Of a stretch of 64,000 nt of DNA, positions 12,193 to 25,810 are shown one piece after another. The DNA is taken from the NCBI RefSeq assembly GCF_009914755.1, contig NC_060926.1, one strand, 5' to 3'. Origin of the DNA: the human T2T-CHM13v2.0 reference genome, Homo sapiens. The notes beneath the pieces were generated by a model. It had not been told where the DNA came from, ran no database searches, and saw only the letters and a list, made by a program, of their open reading frames with translations. Made by a program: the position numbers and the translations under genes. Within the stretch, counting starts at the first letter, position 1. The number at the start of each line of letters is the position of its first letter.

Positions 12193-14512
12193 CAGGCAAA
12201 CCTCGAACGTATTGCTGGTTCTGTTCCAACTACTGCAGTAAAATGCCAATTGCAATAAGGTGAATCATACAAATCTTTTTTGATTCCCAGTGCATATAAG
12301 TTATGTTTACAGTGCAGTGTAGTCCATTAACTGTGCAGTAGGATTATGTTTAAAAACTGTACATACCTTTATTTAGAAATACTTCATTTCTAAAAAATGC
12401 TAAAGATCATTCTGAGCCTTCAGCCAGCCATAATCTCTTTGATGGTAGGGGGGGTTTCCTTGATGTTGATCAGAGTGGTGGTTCCTGTGTGGTTCCTGAA
12501 GGATGGCGTGGCTGTGGCAATTTCTTGAAGTAAGATAACAATGAAGTTTGATGCGTTGATTGACTATTCCTTTACAAAAGATTCTCTGTAGCATGTGAGA
12601 TGCTGTTTGACAGCACTTTATCCACAGTAGAACTTCTTTCAAATTGGAGTCAGTCCTCTCAAACTCTGCTGCTGCTTTATGCACTACATTTATATAATAT
12701 TTTAAATCCTTTGTTGTCATTTCAACAATGTTCACACTATCATAGCTAGGGATAGATTACATCTCAAGAAGCCGCTTTGCTCATACATAAGCAATTCCTC
12801 ATCCATGAAGTTTGATCATGACATTGCAGATTCAGTCACATCTTTAGGCTCCACTTCTAATTCTAGTTCTCTTGCTATTTCCACTAGATAAGCACTTTCT
12901 TCCTCCACTGAAGTCTTGAACCCTTCAAAGTCGACTATGAGGGTTGGGATCAACTTTTTCCAAACTCCTGTTAATGTTGATATTTTGACTTTCTCCGGTG
13001 AATCAATCATGGATGTTCTTAGTGGCAACTAGGATGGCGAATTCTTTCCAGAAGGCCTTTAATTTACTTTGCCCAGATCCATCAGGAGAATCACTATCTA
13101 TTGCAGCTATAGCCTTAAAAAGTGAATTTTCTAAATAATAAGACTTGAAAGTCAAAATGACTCCTTGATACATCTGCTGCAGAATAGATGTGTTAGCAAG
13201 CAGGAAAGCACTATTAATCTCTGTGTATATCTCCATCAGAGCTCTTGGGTGACCAGGTGCATTTTCAATGAGCAATAACATTTTGAAAAGAATTATTTTT
13301 ATTCTGAACAGTAGGTTTCAAGAGTGGACTTGAAATATTCAGTAAACCATGCTATAAACAGATGTGCTGTCTTCAGTCTTCGTTGTTCCATTTATAGAGC
13401 ACAGGCAGAGTAGATTTAGCATAACTCTTAGGGCCCTGGGATTTTCAAAGTGGTAAATGAGCATTTGGTTCAACCTAAAAATCAACTGTATTAGCCACTA
13501 ATAAGAGACTCAGCCTGTCCTTTGAAGCCAGCTATGAAAGTTGTAAATGGCACCGTCTTCCAGTAGAAGGCTGTCTTGTCAACATTGAAAACTTGTTTGC
13601 CCCCTTAATCAATGATCTTAGCTAGATCTTTAGGATAACTTGGCACAGGTTCTATCTACATCAGCACTTGCTGGTTTACCTTGCACTTTTATGTTATGGA
13701 GATGACTTCTTTCTTAAACATCATGAACCAACCTCTGCTAGCTTCCAGCTTTTCTTCTGCAGCTTCCTTACCTCTCTCAGCCTTCATAGAATTAAAGAGC
13801 ATTAGGATCTTGGTCAAGATTGGGCTTTGGCTTAAAGGAATGCTGTGGCCGATATGATCTTCTATTTAGACCACTCAAACTTTCTCCATATTAGCAATAA
13901 GGCTGCTTCATTTTCTTATCTGGGTGTTCATTGGAGTAGCACTTTTAATTTCTTTCAAGAACTTTTTCTTGTACTTACAAGTTGGCTGTTTGGCCTCTCT
14001 TGACTTGTGACATGTCTTCCTCACTAAGCTTAATCATTTCTAGCTTTTGATTTCAAGTGAGAAATGTGTGACCCTTCCTTTCACTTGAATACTTAAAGGT
14101 CATTGTAGGGTTGTTAATAGGCCTAATTTTAATATTGTTGCGTCTCAGGGAATAAGAAGCTTGAGAAGAGGGAGAGAGATGGCAAACGGCCGTCTTGGTG
14201 GAGCAGGCGGAACACGCCCGACATTTATTGTTTGCCTTCTTAAGTGAACATGGTTCCTGATGCCCCAAAACAATTGCAATAGTGACAAAGATCACTGATC
14301 ACAGATCATCAAAACGATAATGAAAAAATTTTGAAATATTGCAACAATTGCAAAACTGTCATACAGAGACAGGAAATGAGCACATGCTGTTGGAACAATG
14401 GCACCAACAGACTTGCTTGACGCAGAGTTGCAACAAACCTTCAATTTGTATTTGGGGGGGAAGAAAAAAAAACCCACCAATCTGTGATACACAATAAAAC
14501 AAGACATGCCTG
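12193..14512 (-). mobile_element. Near-full-length Tigger1 (pogo-like DNA transposon) with disrupted transposase
   Basis: Ends caggcaaacctcg... and ...aagacatgcctg|ta resemble Tigger1 TIRs. Minus-strand ORFs 13003..13281 ([32 protein letters not shown]), 12816..13028 and 12400..12735 are DDE-transposase fragments. Confidence 0.9.
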
Positions 14513-14680
14513 TAGATTGTTTTTAATAAAGTACAAATCTATTTGAAAACATTCTGAACCGTAGTAGCTTTTACATGTCTACCATCCATCAATATAACTA
14601 CTATCATGAAGAAACTGTGACTCATTTTTTCATAAAAAGGGACCTGAATTGGAGAAGGTTGAAAAACACTGAGTAAACTG

Positions 14681-15020
14681 TAATTATATGTTGCTTGACG
14701 ACAGGCATATGTTCTGGGAAATGCATCGTTGGGCAATTTCATCACTGTGTGAACATCACATACTGTATTTACACACCTAGATGGTATTGCTTACTGCATA
14801 CCTACACTACATGGTATAACCTATTACTCTTAGGCTACAAACTTGTACAGCACGTTACTGTACTGAATACTGTAAGCAATTGGAATACAATAGTAAGTTT
14901 TGTGTATCTAAACATGTATAAATATTTTAAAAGTACGGTAAAAATATGACATAATCTTATGGGACTACCTTTAAGTATGTGGTCTGTTATTGACTGAAAT
15001 GATTTATGTTGCATGACTAT
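14681..15020 (+). mobile_element. Tigger3a/MER7-like MITE
   Basis: gcttgacgacaggcatatgttctgggaaatgcatcgttgggcaattt...ggctacaaacttgtacagcacgttactgtactgaatactgta...gcatgacta. Confidence 0.8.
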
Positions 15021-15063
15021 ATCTTAAAATTTTAAAAATTTATTTATAAAAATTAGTCAATTA

Positions 15064-15387
<324 letters not shown>

Positions 15388-16544
15388 TCAATTAGTAAAT
15401 TATAAAACTAATACTTTGTACAACATTATTAACCTGACTATGTAACAGATTTGCTGATGATTTGAGTAATTAATAGCAATGTTTTTGTTATGGATTTCTA
15501 GCCTGTGCTGGTTTATTTTAAATAGGTATAATAATACCTATAAAAACATATTTCTTGCCTCTTAAATTAGTTGCATATTTCTACTTTTGGATAGTCCTAT
15601 TAAAAATACGTTTTCATTTTAACATATTGGGTCATGAATGGGTTTCTTAGAATTTAAAAACAAACTTATTAACTCCAGAAGGATTAGTATCTAATATAAT
15701 TAACAGACGTCTCACTATTTTTTTCTCAACTCCAAAGTACCGTTTCTAAACTCTGCACTGAAACTTTGTCCATTCTTGTATTACTGTTATACAAAGAAAA
15801 TAGCAGCCGGATGTGTGATTTTGACACAAATCCTTTTCTAGTTACTTACTCTCAAGGGCCAGGACACATTTTAATTGTCTTAAGAAATTCTACAGGACAG
15901 AAAGAGAAGCTTCTTTTAATCAAAGTTTTACATTTAGAATTCTCTGTCAATATTCATTTGAGTAAACATTTCTCTCAGATGTCCTTTTAGGTATATACTG
16001 TGTTCACATGTTTAATCATGTTTTCATTAAAATGTCATGTCTCAAGAAAATGTCATGATTTGGGAAGTACTACTTTTTGTGAGTTTTAGAAATCGAAATA
16101 CTAAAATTTAAACGTTTCATTATTTTTCTATTCTAATTTATAGTTGAAATTAAAGAAATGGAGAATGTAGAAATCAGCAATTTATAATGGTTTGAGTGAA
16201 GAAATCACACTGTATGAGGTCAAAATGGATGTTCTTTATGAAAAGTCAGTTATAACTTGCAATTTTCTATCCTGTGTCCTAAAAATATAAATTTTCTTTC
16301 TAAGTGCTTAATTTAGTAAAAGTAGGGGAGATCGGTAGTGGAGACTAGGATTTGCTGGATACTCTCTTTCTTTCTTTAGGAAATTTAAAATCAGAACTAG
16401 CCCTAAAAGCTTCTTAAAGAGGTAATATTTTATTTTAACTATTTATGAACTATTGGTTGGATTTGGCAGTTATAATTTTAAAATATTAACAGGTTACTTA
16501 AGACTTTAAAAATATATTTATCAAAAGCACATATTTTTATGTGT

Positions 16545-16880
16545 TCATGTCTTGGTGTGTTTTGGAGAATACTGTAAACTGTGTTGCTTATAATCAATAG
16601 AAATTTATGTCTCATGGTTCTGGAGGCTGGGAAGTCCAAGACAAAGGACTCTGCTTTCTCATAGTCTTCTCACTGGAACCTTGATAGGAAGAGGATAGAA
16701 AGAGGGTAGAAAGAGGGAGGGATCTCTGAGGTCTCTTTTATAAGGACACTAATTCCATTCCTTAAGATTCTGCCCTCATAACACAATCACCTCCTAAAGT
16801 CTGCACCTCTTAATACTACCCCTTTGGGAGTTAGAATTTTAACATATGAATTTTAAGGGAATAAAAACATGCAGTTTATT
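16545..16880 (-). mobile_element. MaLR solo LTR (MLT1A/MST-like)
   Basis: agaaatttatgtctcatggttctggaggctgggaagtccaag...aatcacctcctaaag...aacatatgaatttt. Confidence 0.75.
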
Positions 16881-17485
16881 AGTTGGTGTGTGTGCATGTA
16901 TGTGTGTGTTCAGCTTATTTACAAAGAGCACTAAACTTTTTGAACATTTCCTTAGAATTCTGCTTCTAAAGAATGCACAAGGAATAGAATTACAGATCTC
17001 ACACTGGACATGAAAAATACAAAATTACACACTTGTTAAAACTGCAAGGGAATAAATAATGTGTTTTCTCTATGCCATTAGAGAGTGAAGCCTCCCCTCT
17101 ATGCCTGCTTGATTTCTACTTTGGGCAATCATATGAAAGTTATGCAGATCTTGACTATAATCTGAGGGAACCAGCCACAAGACTGGATTGTATTTTAATT
17201 GTGGGAAACTGATCGTCTTCACCTAATCAGTTTTCCCATTGCATATACCGTGTGCATGACATAATTTTAAAAGACCAACTGCGTGATATTTGTTTATTTT
17301 TCCTCAAATGTTTTCGTAATGAAAACATGATTAAAGAAACATGTGTCCAAAGCTTTGACTCTGGTTTTATTTATGGACATTTATACTTGGTCAGATTGAC
17401 TTCATGTTGGCTGCTACAACTTCTAAAAGGCCCTGTCGTGTGTAAGTATCAAACTTCAAAACAAAGGAAGGGATATTCTTTAAGT

Positions 17486-17666
17486 CAGTGGTCCTCAGAA
17501 TGTTGTCTTCAAACCAGTGGCATTAGCATCACCTGGGAACTTGACAGAAACTCAATTTCTTGGGCTCTACCCCAGACTTACTGAATTGGAAACTCTAGGA
17601 GTGGCACCTAGCGATCTATGTGATGCTACCAGCCCTCTGGCTGATGCTCAGGTTTGAGAACCACTG
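17486..17666. mobile_element. MER5A (hAT-Charlie), ending ~160 bp upstream of the 201-nt exon
   Basis: Ends cagtggtcctca... and ...tgagaaccactg; internal agcatcacctgggaacttg. Confidence 0.85.
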
Positions 17667-17825
17667 TTGTAATTATAAACTATGTCCTTTACATACAATT
17701 TTAGTATTATTAGGCATGCATTGAGATGTGTCCAAGGCAAGGGCTCATGAGAGTTGAATCAATTTTAATTGGTTAAGTTCTGAGTTATGTAAAGTCATCT
17801 AAATGTGTATGTGTCCTCTCCATAG

Positions 17826-18026
17826 AAAATCACATCTTGGAGGATGTGAACAAGTGTGTGATAGCCCTCCAAGAGGGCGATGTGGACACTCTGGACCGGA
17901 CTGCAGGGGCCATCAGGGGCCGGGCAGCTCGAGTCATACACATCATCAATGCTGAGATGGAGAACTATGAAGCTGGGGTTTATACTGAGAAGGTGTTGGA
18001 AGCTACAAAATTGCTTTCTGAAACAG
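17826..18026 (+). CDS. CTNNA2: CTNNA2 coding exon (~exon 12), 201 nt, phase 1-1: (E)NHILEDVNKCVIALQEGDVDTLDRTAGAIRGRAARVIHIINAEMENYEAGVYTEKVLEATKLLSET(V)
   Basis: Acceptor ctctccatag|AA, donor CAG|gtaagc; overlaps ORF 17837..18061. Confidence 0.96.
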
Positions 18027-20576
18027 GTAAGCATGGGTATTGGGTCTGGCCAAAATGTTAATGCCTTGATTAGTTTCTATAACTGAATAAATCTGTTTCA
18101 TTGATTTCTGTAGGCCTTTATGCTTCTAAATTGCACATAATTGTGGAATGGGTGGAATACTTGAGTGTTCTCTTTGTTTTTTGAGTTTGAATTTGAATAA
18201 TATTAGGAGAATGACAGTTGTACTGCTTTGCATGCATATATTTCTTTATACTTTTCATATAGATCATTTGATTCTCACAAACAATAAAATTTTTCTGCTT
18301 ACTTAATTATCTCCAATTATGGATGAGATAATTTTATGACTTGAGAAAATTATGGTTTGAATTGGCTAAGAGACTGGAATGAGGTCACAAGGTTAGAAAA
18401 TAGTGCAGATGTGATAAGAACTTGGAATCTGTAATTTAACCTTTTCTTCATTTATTGCTTGAGAGGATAGGACCTTAAGGAAGAACTCTGAACCAGCCAG
18501 TGGAAAGCATAAAGGTTTTAGATAGTGAGTGGATATGACGTGCTCAAAGAAAGGTGGTGGCTGCTGACAAAGAGTTAGGCTTTCAGCATATTCCCTTTCT
18601 TTCTAGGAAAGCTTTACATGCCCTTCTTCAGGGGCATGTGGATGCTCACAGGACTCACTGCTATGGTCAGGTATGGTTACTTATGGGAGCTTGTCAGAGC
18701 TTGCAGATGCATTGGGGTAAAAAAAAATGCTTCCACTGAATTAGAACAATCTACAACTCTGGAGAATATATAAGACTGGCCTGTTTTTAGTAGTTCTCCC
18801 CTCTTGACCAATGTCTTTTGGCTTCCTCAGGCCTTGATTTATATATATGAGATAAGATATATAGTCCAAGGAATGAGAGGAAACTAGGGAATAGAAAAAG
18901 AGAATGTAAGTCCACATTGGATAAGGTTGTTAATGAATAATGAATTGGTGCATATATATGCACAGAAGGGCCTCTCCCCTCAAACCCTAAGGGGGACCTT
19001 CATAGGTTTGCCTATGAGCTTTGGATGCCACCAGGCATTTTTAAAATAGCCATCTCTGAAAGGTCAGATATAGCCATGTTCCAAGTTCTGCATGATGAGA
19101 TGTGTTGGTAGAAATATGTTGCTTTTTATGGGGAAAAGATTATTTACAAAGAGTTCTGTAGGTATTTGTTAGCCTGGAATAGCAAGTAAAACACAATACA
19201 TAAACACAGGTATTGGTCATTCTCTTTAAAATATAAGCAGAAACAGAATAGTGTGGTATCATGTTATAAAGAGCACATCTAGAGACTGTTGCCCTTGGAA
19301 CATCCTTACAGACTTAGACTTAGACATAATAACAAAAATAATGACAAGATATGACTGCATTTGAATTAGCTGAGAGTCAGCACTGCTTTCTTTCACATAA
19401 GCTTGCCCTTTGCATTCAATTGAGCAACACAAAGCAAGCCATACAGTATTTCTTTCCTCACTTGGAAGAGTTATAAAAAGGTATTTTTTTCCCTAATTCT
19501 CCAAATTAAGGACTTTTTCATTAGTAACCTTTAGGGAGACCATCTCACATTTCTGTGGCTTACAGTTCCCAGCCCATCAGCTCTATTCTTGTACAAAGTC
19601 TCAGCTTCATGTGAGATATCTGACAGAGTAACACTCACCTGGGTCTGTCACTAGATAAATAATACCAGAGAAGTGTTGAAGACCTAGAGACAGGACTCAG
19701 TTCCTGCCCACTCATGACTGGTGGGAAGGACACTTGTGGCAGATGAAAGATACAGAGCATATTGCCAATTTTCATGTGACTTTCTACCCACAGATAACTC
19801 AGGCACTGTTCAAATGACATTTTAGAACTTTTTCTTATTGTATCTTGGACTGCTTTGACAACAGGAGTGCCACTTACTAGGTCAAAATCTAAAGGCAAGG
19901 ACAATTGCTTAGTTGATTGTAATATTTTAACATAATTTTCACCCAAAGTCTTGATATGTAAATAATGTTCTGGTTGATTTTTCTACTTTTAAAAAAACAA
20001 ATAGTCGTTCATCCTGGATTGTTGTTGCTAATCAAGATTTTTGCTCTTACTTGTTCTGAGTTTTTACAATTTTTATCCTGGCTTGCAATGATTGAGCACT
20101 CTGGGGGCTTAACTAACGGCACCTTTCTTATTTTGATGCCCATATCCAATTCCTAATTGAATACGGTAGATGAGCAGGACATTTAAATTCTACTTTTCAG
20201 GATTTATTGAAGTTAACTAGGAAAGTAACCAGGCAGAGACTGAAATAGACAGCTTATATATAACTTTAATTGAAAATATAGGAATAAGTGTCAAGGAAAA
20301 GTGGGTGTCAGTGGACTAAGAGCTAGAATACAAAGGTATACAATTTCTTTGGTATTTGTCCCCAATTGTTCTTCTCTTTCTGAAACAGGAATAATGTTAT
20401 TATTTTGTGAATAACTAGAGAGGTTGCCAAAGAAATGAAAGAAAAAAACTTCAGCTATTAACTCACTGACTGCTAATGAGAATTGCTGGGGAATGTGCTT
20501 GCATAAAGTAGACACGTGGAGTTTGAGGATGACCACAGGATCAGTTCTGTAATTATGGTTGTACAAAGTTTTGTTG

Positions 20577-20621
20577 GTGTGTGTGTGTGTATATATGTGT
20601 GTGTGTGTGTGTGTATATATA
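20577..20621. repeat. Compound (TG)n/(TA)n microsatellite
   Basis: Read directly. Confidence 0.9.
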
Positions 20622-21027
20622 TGTTGTCTAAAGTGATTTACTTCTAATGTCATTGTATGTCTGTGCTAAGGAGACATAAGATATATGTCCTCAAAATAGA
20701 AACCCTGTGCATGTCCCTGATGCCAAATTATCTACCTTTTGCTTAGTTTTGTTTCTGACTTAAACAATTTTAGAGCCATGTTGAATTGGCCACTTTTCTA
20801 TGTGAATCTATCAAATTTTGTCATGAGAGTACATTGTAGGGTGAGAGAGGGTGGTAGTGGGAAAAAAGGGAAAAATGCCAAGAGGAAAGATGAGGAGAAA
20901 GAAGACAAAATGTCATGGTTTTTGTTGTTGTTGTTGTTGCCACACCTACTAGGTTCTGCCCATTGATTTTTTTGTTTGATATTTTATTTTTAAAAAATTC
21001 TGTGCCATTAGATTCAAGACCTTGAGT

Positions 21028-21276
21028 CAGACATGCTCAACCTCTGTACTGTTGACACTTTGGTCTGAACAATTGTTTCTTGGGGAGAGTTCTGGGGACT
21101 GTTTTGTCCATTATGGGATGCTTAGAAGCATCCCTGGACTCCACCTGCTAAATGTTTGTAGCATCTCTTTCTTCTACATGCCAAGTTGTAACCACCAAGA
21201 TGTCTCTAGACATTGCCAGATATCCTTGAAGGAAGTGGGTCCTGGTGGGCAAAATAATGTGCACTGAGCATTACTG
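21028..21276. mobile_element. MER20 (hAT-Charlie)
   Basis: ctcaacctctgtactgttgacactttgg...agcatccctggactccacc...tgtctctagacattgccagatatcc. Confidence 0.8.
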
Positions 21277-21994
21277 CCCTAAAGTAAAGAAATAACCCAA
21301 AATAGGGACAAGTTCAAACAGGACAGATTGGAGCCCATGTACTGTGGACATAGTGAAAAGGGAGTGGGGTTGGGAGTATATTACAAAGAAGAATCTGTAA
21401 AAGGGCAGAATAATCAAACAGCCTTGACTGAACTGGATGTTGCTGCTGAAGGTGTTTACACACAGGCAAACCCCTGTGTAGACAGATGAATGGCTGCATG
21501 GGTAGGTCACTGTAGGGAGACTCCCACTTTACCACTTGGCTGCCCTCACTGAGTGGCTGGAAAATTGAGAGGTACCCAAAGAGTGATAACACATCTGTGG
21601 TTTATTTTCCATGAATTATTTTCTTTCCTTAGTAAAGACAGTGCTTTGCTTAAGAGTGCTTCTTGTCTTGATATGAATGCTGAATTAAATTTAAGAAAAT
21701 TTTGTAGATTATTAGTATGCTAAGAATTATAGGGTAGCATTATGTACAAATTTACCTGTTCATTTTCTATAAAACAATCTAGGCTGATGAAAACACAATA
21801 AATTGGATCTACAGCAGACCCATTAAATACTTACATGGCATATTTGATGAGCTCTTCAATAAAACCTGAATTATAACAAATTGCCAAACAGCTTAGTAGT
21901 AAGTACACGCTTGACCAGACCCATCTTCATAGATCTCGTTTACAAAGTTGGGTTGCTGCAGGAGGCTGAGGAGGGGTGAAAGCACATTCAGCGA

Positions 21995-22013
21995 TATCAT
22001 ATTTATATATATA

Positions 22014-22040
<27 letters not shown>
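21995..22040. repeat. (TA)n(CA)n microsatellite
   Basis: Read directly. Confidence 0.9.
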
Positions 22041-22057
<17 letters not shown>

Positions 22058-23823
22058 TACAGTAGCTCATTCTTCACTGAATGGATTATATTGAAATGTC
22101 ATTTTTGTAAATTTGATAGCTGACTCAAGTTTGTGGCCATGTGAGCGTGACTAGGTTAAAAGATCTGTGAGATTCTGCCAGACATTTTTTCTTCAGAGGA
22201 AACAATAGACCAAAAAAAAAAAAAAAGAAAAAAGCGTATTTTAAAAAGGGTTCTATGTTATGGAGCACTCTGTATGCAGAGATTAAAATTCCATTATTTT
22301 GGAAAATACGTGGGCCAAGCAGATGGTATAATTTTTACTTCCATGCTCTATAACCTAAAGTTTTATATGAATGGGAAGGTTTTTCGTTTTACAACATTTC
22401 TATATATTTTTGCTTAGAAAGTATAAAAGGACCAGCAAATACAAAGCATCCAAACTGGAAATCTTATTGAGAGGGTACATTTGGGCCAGGACAATGCAGT
22501 AGAATGAATCCAAGGTTAGGATTCAGAAGAACTGTTATTTGACTGCTACCAACTAACTGTGACCTTAAACAAATCAGTTAGTGCCTCTGGGACTTGGGTT
22601 TTTTCCTGTATTGCCCAATGTTTTGTCATTCAAGAATGGGTCGGTATTAATTGTGTAATATATGCATCACTGTTTCTGGCTTCCTGGTGACTGCACTTGG
22701 CATAAGCAATTATTGCCCATGAGTCCCCTGTATAAACCCTCTGCACCATCTGGACGAGGGCCTTCATTATTCTCCAGGCAAAACATATCCATGCTGCTCC
22801 CTCTGTCCTCCCTGCAACGTTCTTCATCTCCTCCTCCTCCTGCTTTACATCTGTTTATTGAGATTCACCTTTAAAATATAGCTCTAGTCTCAGTTGGAGA
22901 CCACAGAAAACTATTAGTCTTTTGACATTTAGTATGGTATGTCCTCTTCAGTGTAAATGACTGCTTACAACAGGATTGTCTGTTTTTAGAGGCAAGTGTT
23001 TCTATAGGTACCCACAGCCTAGAATGGTGTTTTCAGTAACACATTTAATACGTAAGTATTGATTAAATGAATACCAAAAATGAGAACGTTACACTTTTTC
23101 TTTTTTTTCTGTAGAAAATATGTCTACCAGCAGCCTCAGGTTTGCAGCTCAAGACCAATTTCTGTATCAATGGGAAATCATCTGATTGGCTTTCTGGCCT
23201 ATGCTTCCTTCAGTTGGACTGATTTCTGTTGCTAGTGGAATAGAGTTTTATGATTGGACAGGTCTGAGTGACCTGTCTATCTCTCTGGCTGGAATATGGG
23301 GGACTGGAGTATGAGATTGATGTCAGAAGGAGGTGGTAGGGGCAGCTTATTGGGAAGACAAACTATTAAGTATTAGAGATAGGAAGGACTATCCACAGTC
23401 TAAGTTACTTCGGCATGACTAATTTTAAGTCGGAAGTGTAGGAAGAATGAGAAAGAAGCCTCATCCAGTAAAGAGCCCTTAAATAGATAACGTATAATTT
23501 GTCTCAATGTCTTTTTTATATGACTAAAACCTATATACTCTAAGTATTGTAGAAATCTGATAAGTTTTTGAAGATCTGTATAATTTTTCCTAAAAGCAAA
23601 TGCAAGGTTTTGGGGCTCAGAAAACAAACGTTACTTTGCACAGTAAGCATGTCAGTTTCCCATGTTCCATTCCCGCTCTTGGAGCAATGTGATGAGGGCA
23701 GATGGATTCTGCACATACAGTGGAGGTCTGTGCTACAGGTGGGGAACCACACCATTATGAATCTAGGAGCTTATTTAGAAATTGGTGCTCCTCCTGAGGG
23801 CAGGAAAGAAACACTTCCTCTCT

Positions 23824-24129
23824 CTTTTTTTGAGATGAAGTTTTGTTCTTGTTGCCCAGGTTGGAGTGCAATGGCAGTCTCTGCTCACTGCAACCTCTGC
23901 CTCCTGGGTTCAAGTGATTCTATTGCCTCAGCTTCCCAAGTAGCTGTGATTACAGACGGTCGCCACCACGCCTGGCTAATTTTTTTTTTTTTTTTTTTTT
24001 TGTATTTTCAGTAGAGATGGGGTTTCACCATGTTGGCCAGGCTGATCTCAAACCCCTGACCTCAGGTAATCTGCCTACCTCGGCCTCTCAAAGTGCTGGG
24101 ATTACAGGCATGAGCCACCGCGCCTGGCC
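23824..24129 (-). mobile_element. AluS element with expanded central T-run
   Basis: Reverse Alu dimer. Confidence 0.9.
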
Positions 24130-24499
24130 ACGTTTTTTATGTAAACAAATTCTGTCCAGGAGGTAGCCAAGTGGTTAAAAACTTTTGGAATATAAATGCA
24201 TGGTTCCTAGTTTTATCCCTCTTTTGAAATGTAAACATATCTCTGGAGAAGCTGTCTATAAATCTCTCTCCAGGTTATTTCACTATCTTAGGACTGTTAA
24301 CCTTTGAACCAGGTTACCAGTATTTTCATTCAGACAGGGTTGACCATGCAGAAACATGAAAATATTTCCTATACACTAGTGTGTTTGTAAATGATGTGTT
24401 CTCCCACAATTCAGACATGGTCAGCTCTCTCAGCATAAGAGGCTGAAGAACCACCTCAGAAAATACGACCATAACCAGATAGCTTACAATATAGAAATG

Positions 24500-25140
24500 T
24501 AAATGATTCCTTCTCAAAAGAAAAGTTGCTTGAACTCTCTCATAAGATAAATGCAAATTAAAAACTACGCTGAGAAACCATTACCCATCAGAATGGCAAA
24601 AATCCAAAAGTTCTATAATATATATACTCTGTTAAGGATTAGGAAAAGTCATCTTATATTTTGCTTGTAGATGTGCAAAATGGAGGAAATTTGACATCTT
24701 CTGTCAACAGAACATATTTAACATTTGGAAAGCAATCTCACTTTTAAAAATCTGTTCTTCAGATGTACTGGCAAAAAATATAAAAACGTATGCACAAGAT
24801 TATTTATTACAAGACTGTAGGCTAGAAACAACACAAATATCTAGCTTTAGGGCACTGGTTGAATAAATTATGGTCTAATCACACAGTGGAGTAGTATGCA
24901 GCTATAAAACAGAATGGGGAATAACTATACAATCTCTGACTATATTTTTAGGTTAAAAAATGAGGTGGAAAAAGTATGTATAACATGTTCCATTTATTTT
25001 CAAAAAAGGTAAATTATATAACACAGGAAGAGAAAGTAAGATACAAAATTTTATTCTAACAATAAAACCCTTAACGTGAAGGTGGAGATAGGGTACGGTA
25101 AACATAGGAAGATTCACAACTGCATGTGTGTATAGGCCAT
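24500..25140 (+). mobile_element. Old L1ME-like 3' fragment
   Basis: aaatgcaaattaaaactacgctgaga...catcagaatggcaaaaat...ggttgaataaattatggt...gtagtatgcagctataaaa. Confidence 0.65.
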
Positions 25141-25682
25141 AAATTTGGGGTGACACAGCAGAACAAGTTTGTCAAAGTACAACCAAAAAAAAAAAAAAAG
25201 ACATGAATCTCCAGTTCTTCATGGATTCAGAATCCTGGGAACTGGAGAGTACATGTGCTTCTTTGTCACTTCAAGGACATCAGAGACCAGCATCTGTGGT
25301 AATGGCAGTGTAGTAAATTAGGGGCCTACATATTGTGTCTAGCAGAGTCAGTGCTGGTGTCCACTGGAATTGGTGGTCTGGATGCTTTAATTGTGCACAA
25401 CTGAGGCTGTAGTAATGTCCTGTCACCCAGATTCTCTGACGGAGGGGAAACTGCCACATCAGTGATAGGTGTTTGAATCAGAGGAAGAATATGCTAACAG
25501 CCACTCATTTGGAAGCACATGTGGTACATCCTTGGAGTATTCCAGAAATAGTTTTGGTAATGAAAAAATGGGAACCTTTGCATGTAGCCGGAGGGCCTGA
25601 AATAACAGGTGAACAAAAGAACAACAGAAGTACTGTATATGGCCAGAGTAGTCTCCAGATGACCTCCTTGCCAAATTTTAAA

Positions 25683-25810
25683 TTTGTTTTGTAGAGACAG
25701 GTCTTGCTATACTGGCTAGAGTGGTCTCCAACTCCTAGCCTCATGTGATTCTCCCCACCTCAGTCTCCCAAAATGCTGGGATTACAGGCATGAGCCCATC
25801 CCACTTGGCT
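25683..25810 (-). mobile_element. Alu left-arm/FLAM fragment
   Basis: tttgtagagacaggtcttgctat...cccaaaatgctgggattacaggcatgagcc. Confidence 0.8.

Noticed and set aside
12400-13281. Domesticated TIGD/pogo transposase gene
   Set aside because: Several frameshifts and stops, and a degenerate catalytic-region motif (ENAPGHP, QQMYQG versus DNAPGHP, QPMDQG).
18027-18240. (T)GCATG RBFOX motifs near exons (also ~7949, ~36681, ~51744)
   Set aside because: Isolated hexamers at about chance frequency; not meaningful without conservation data.
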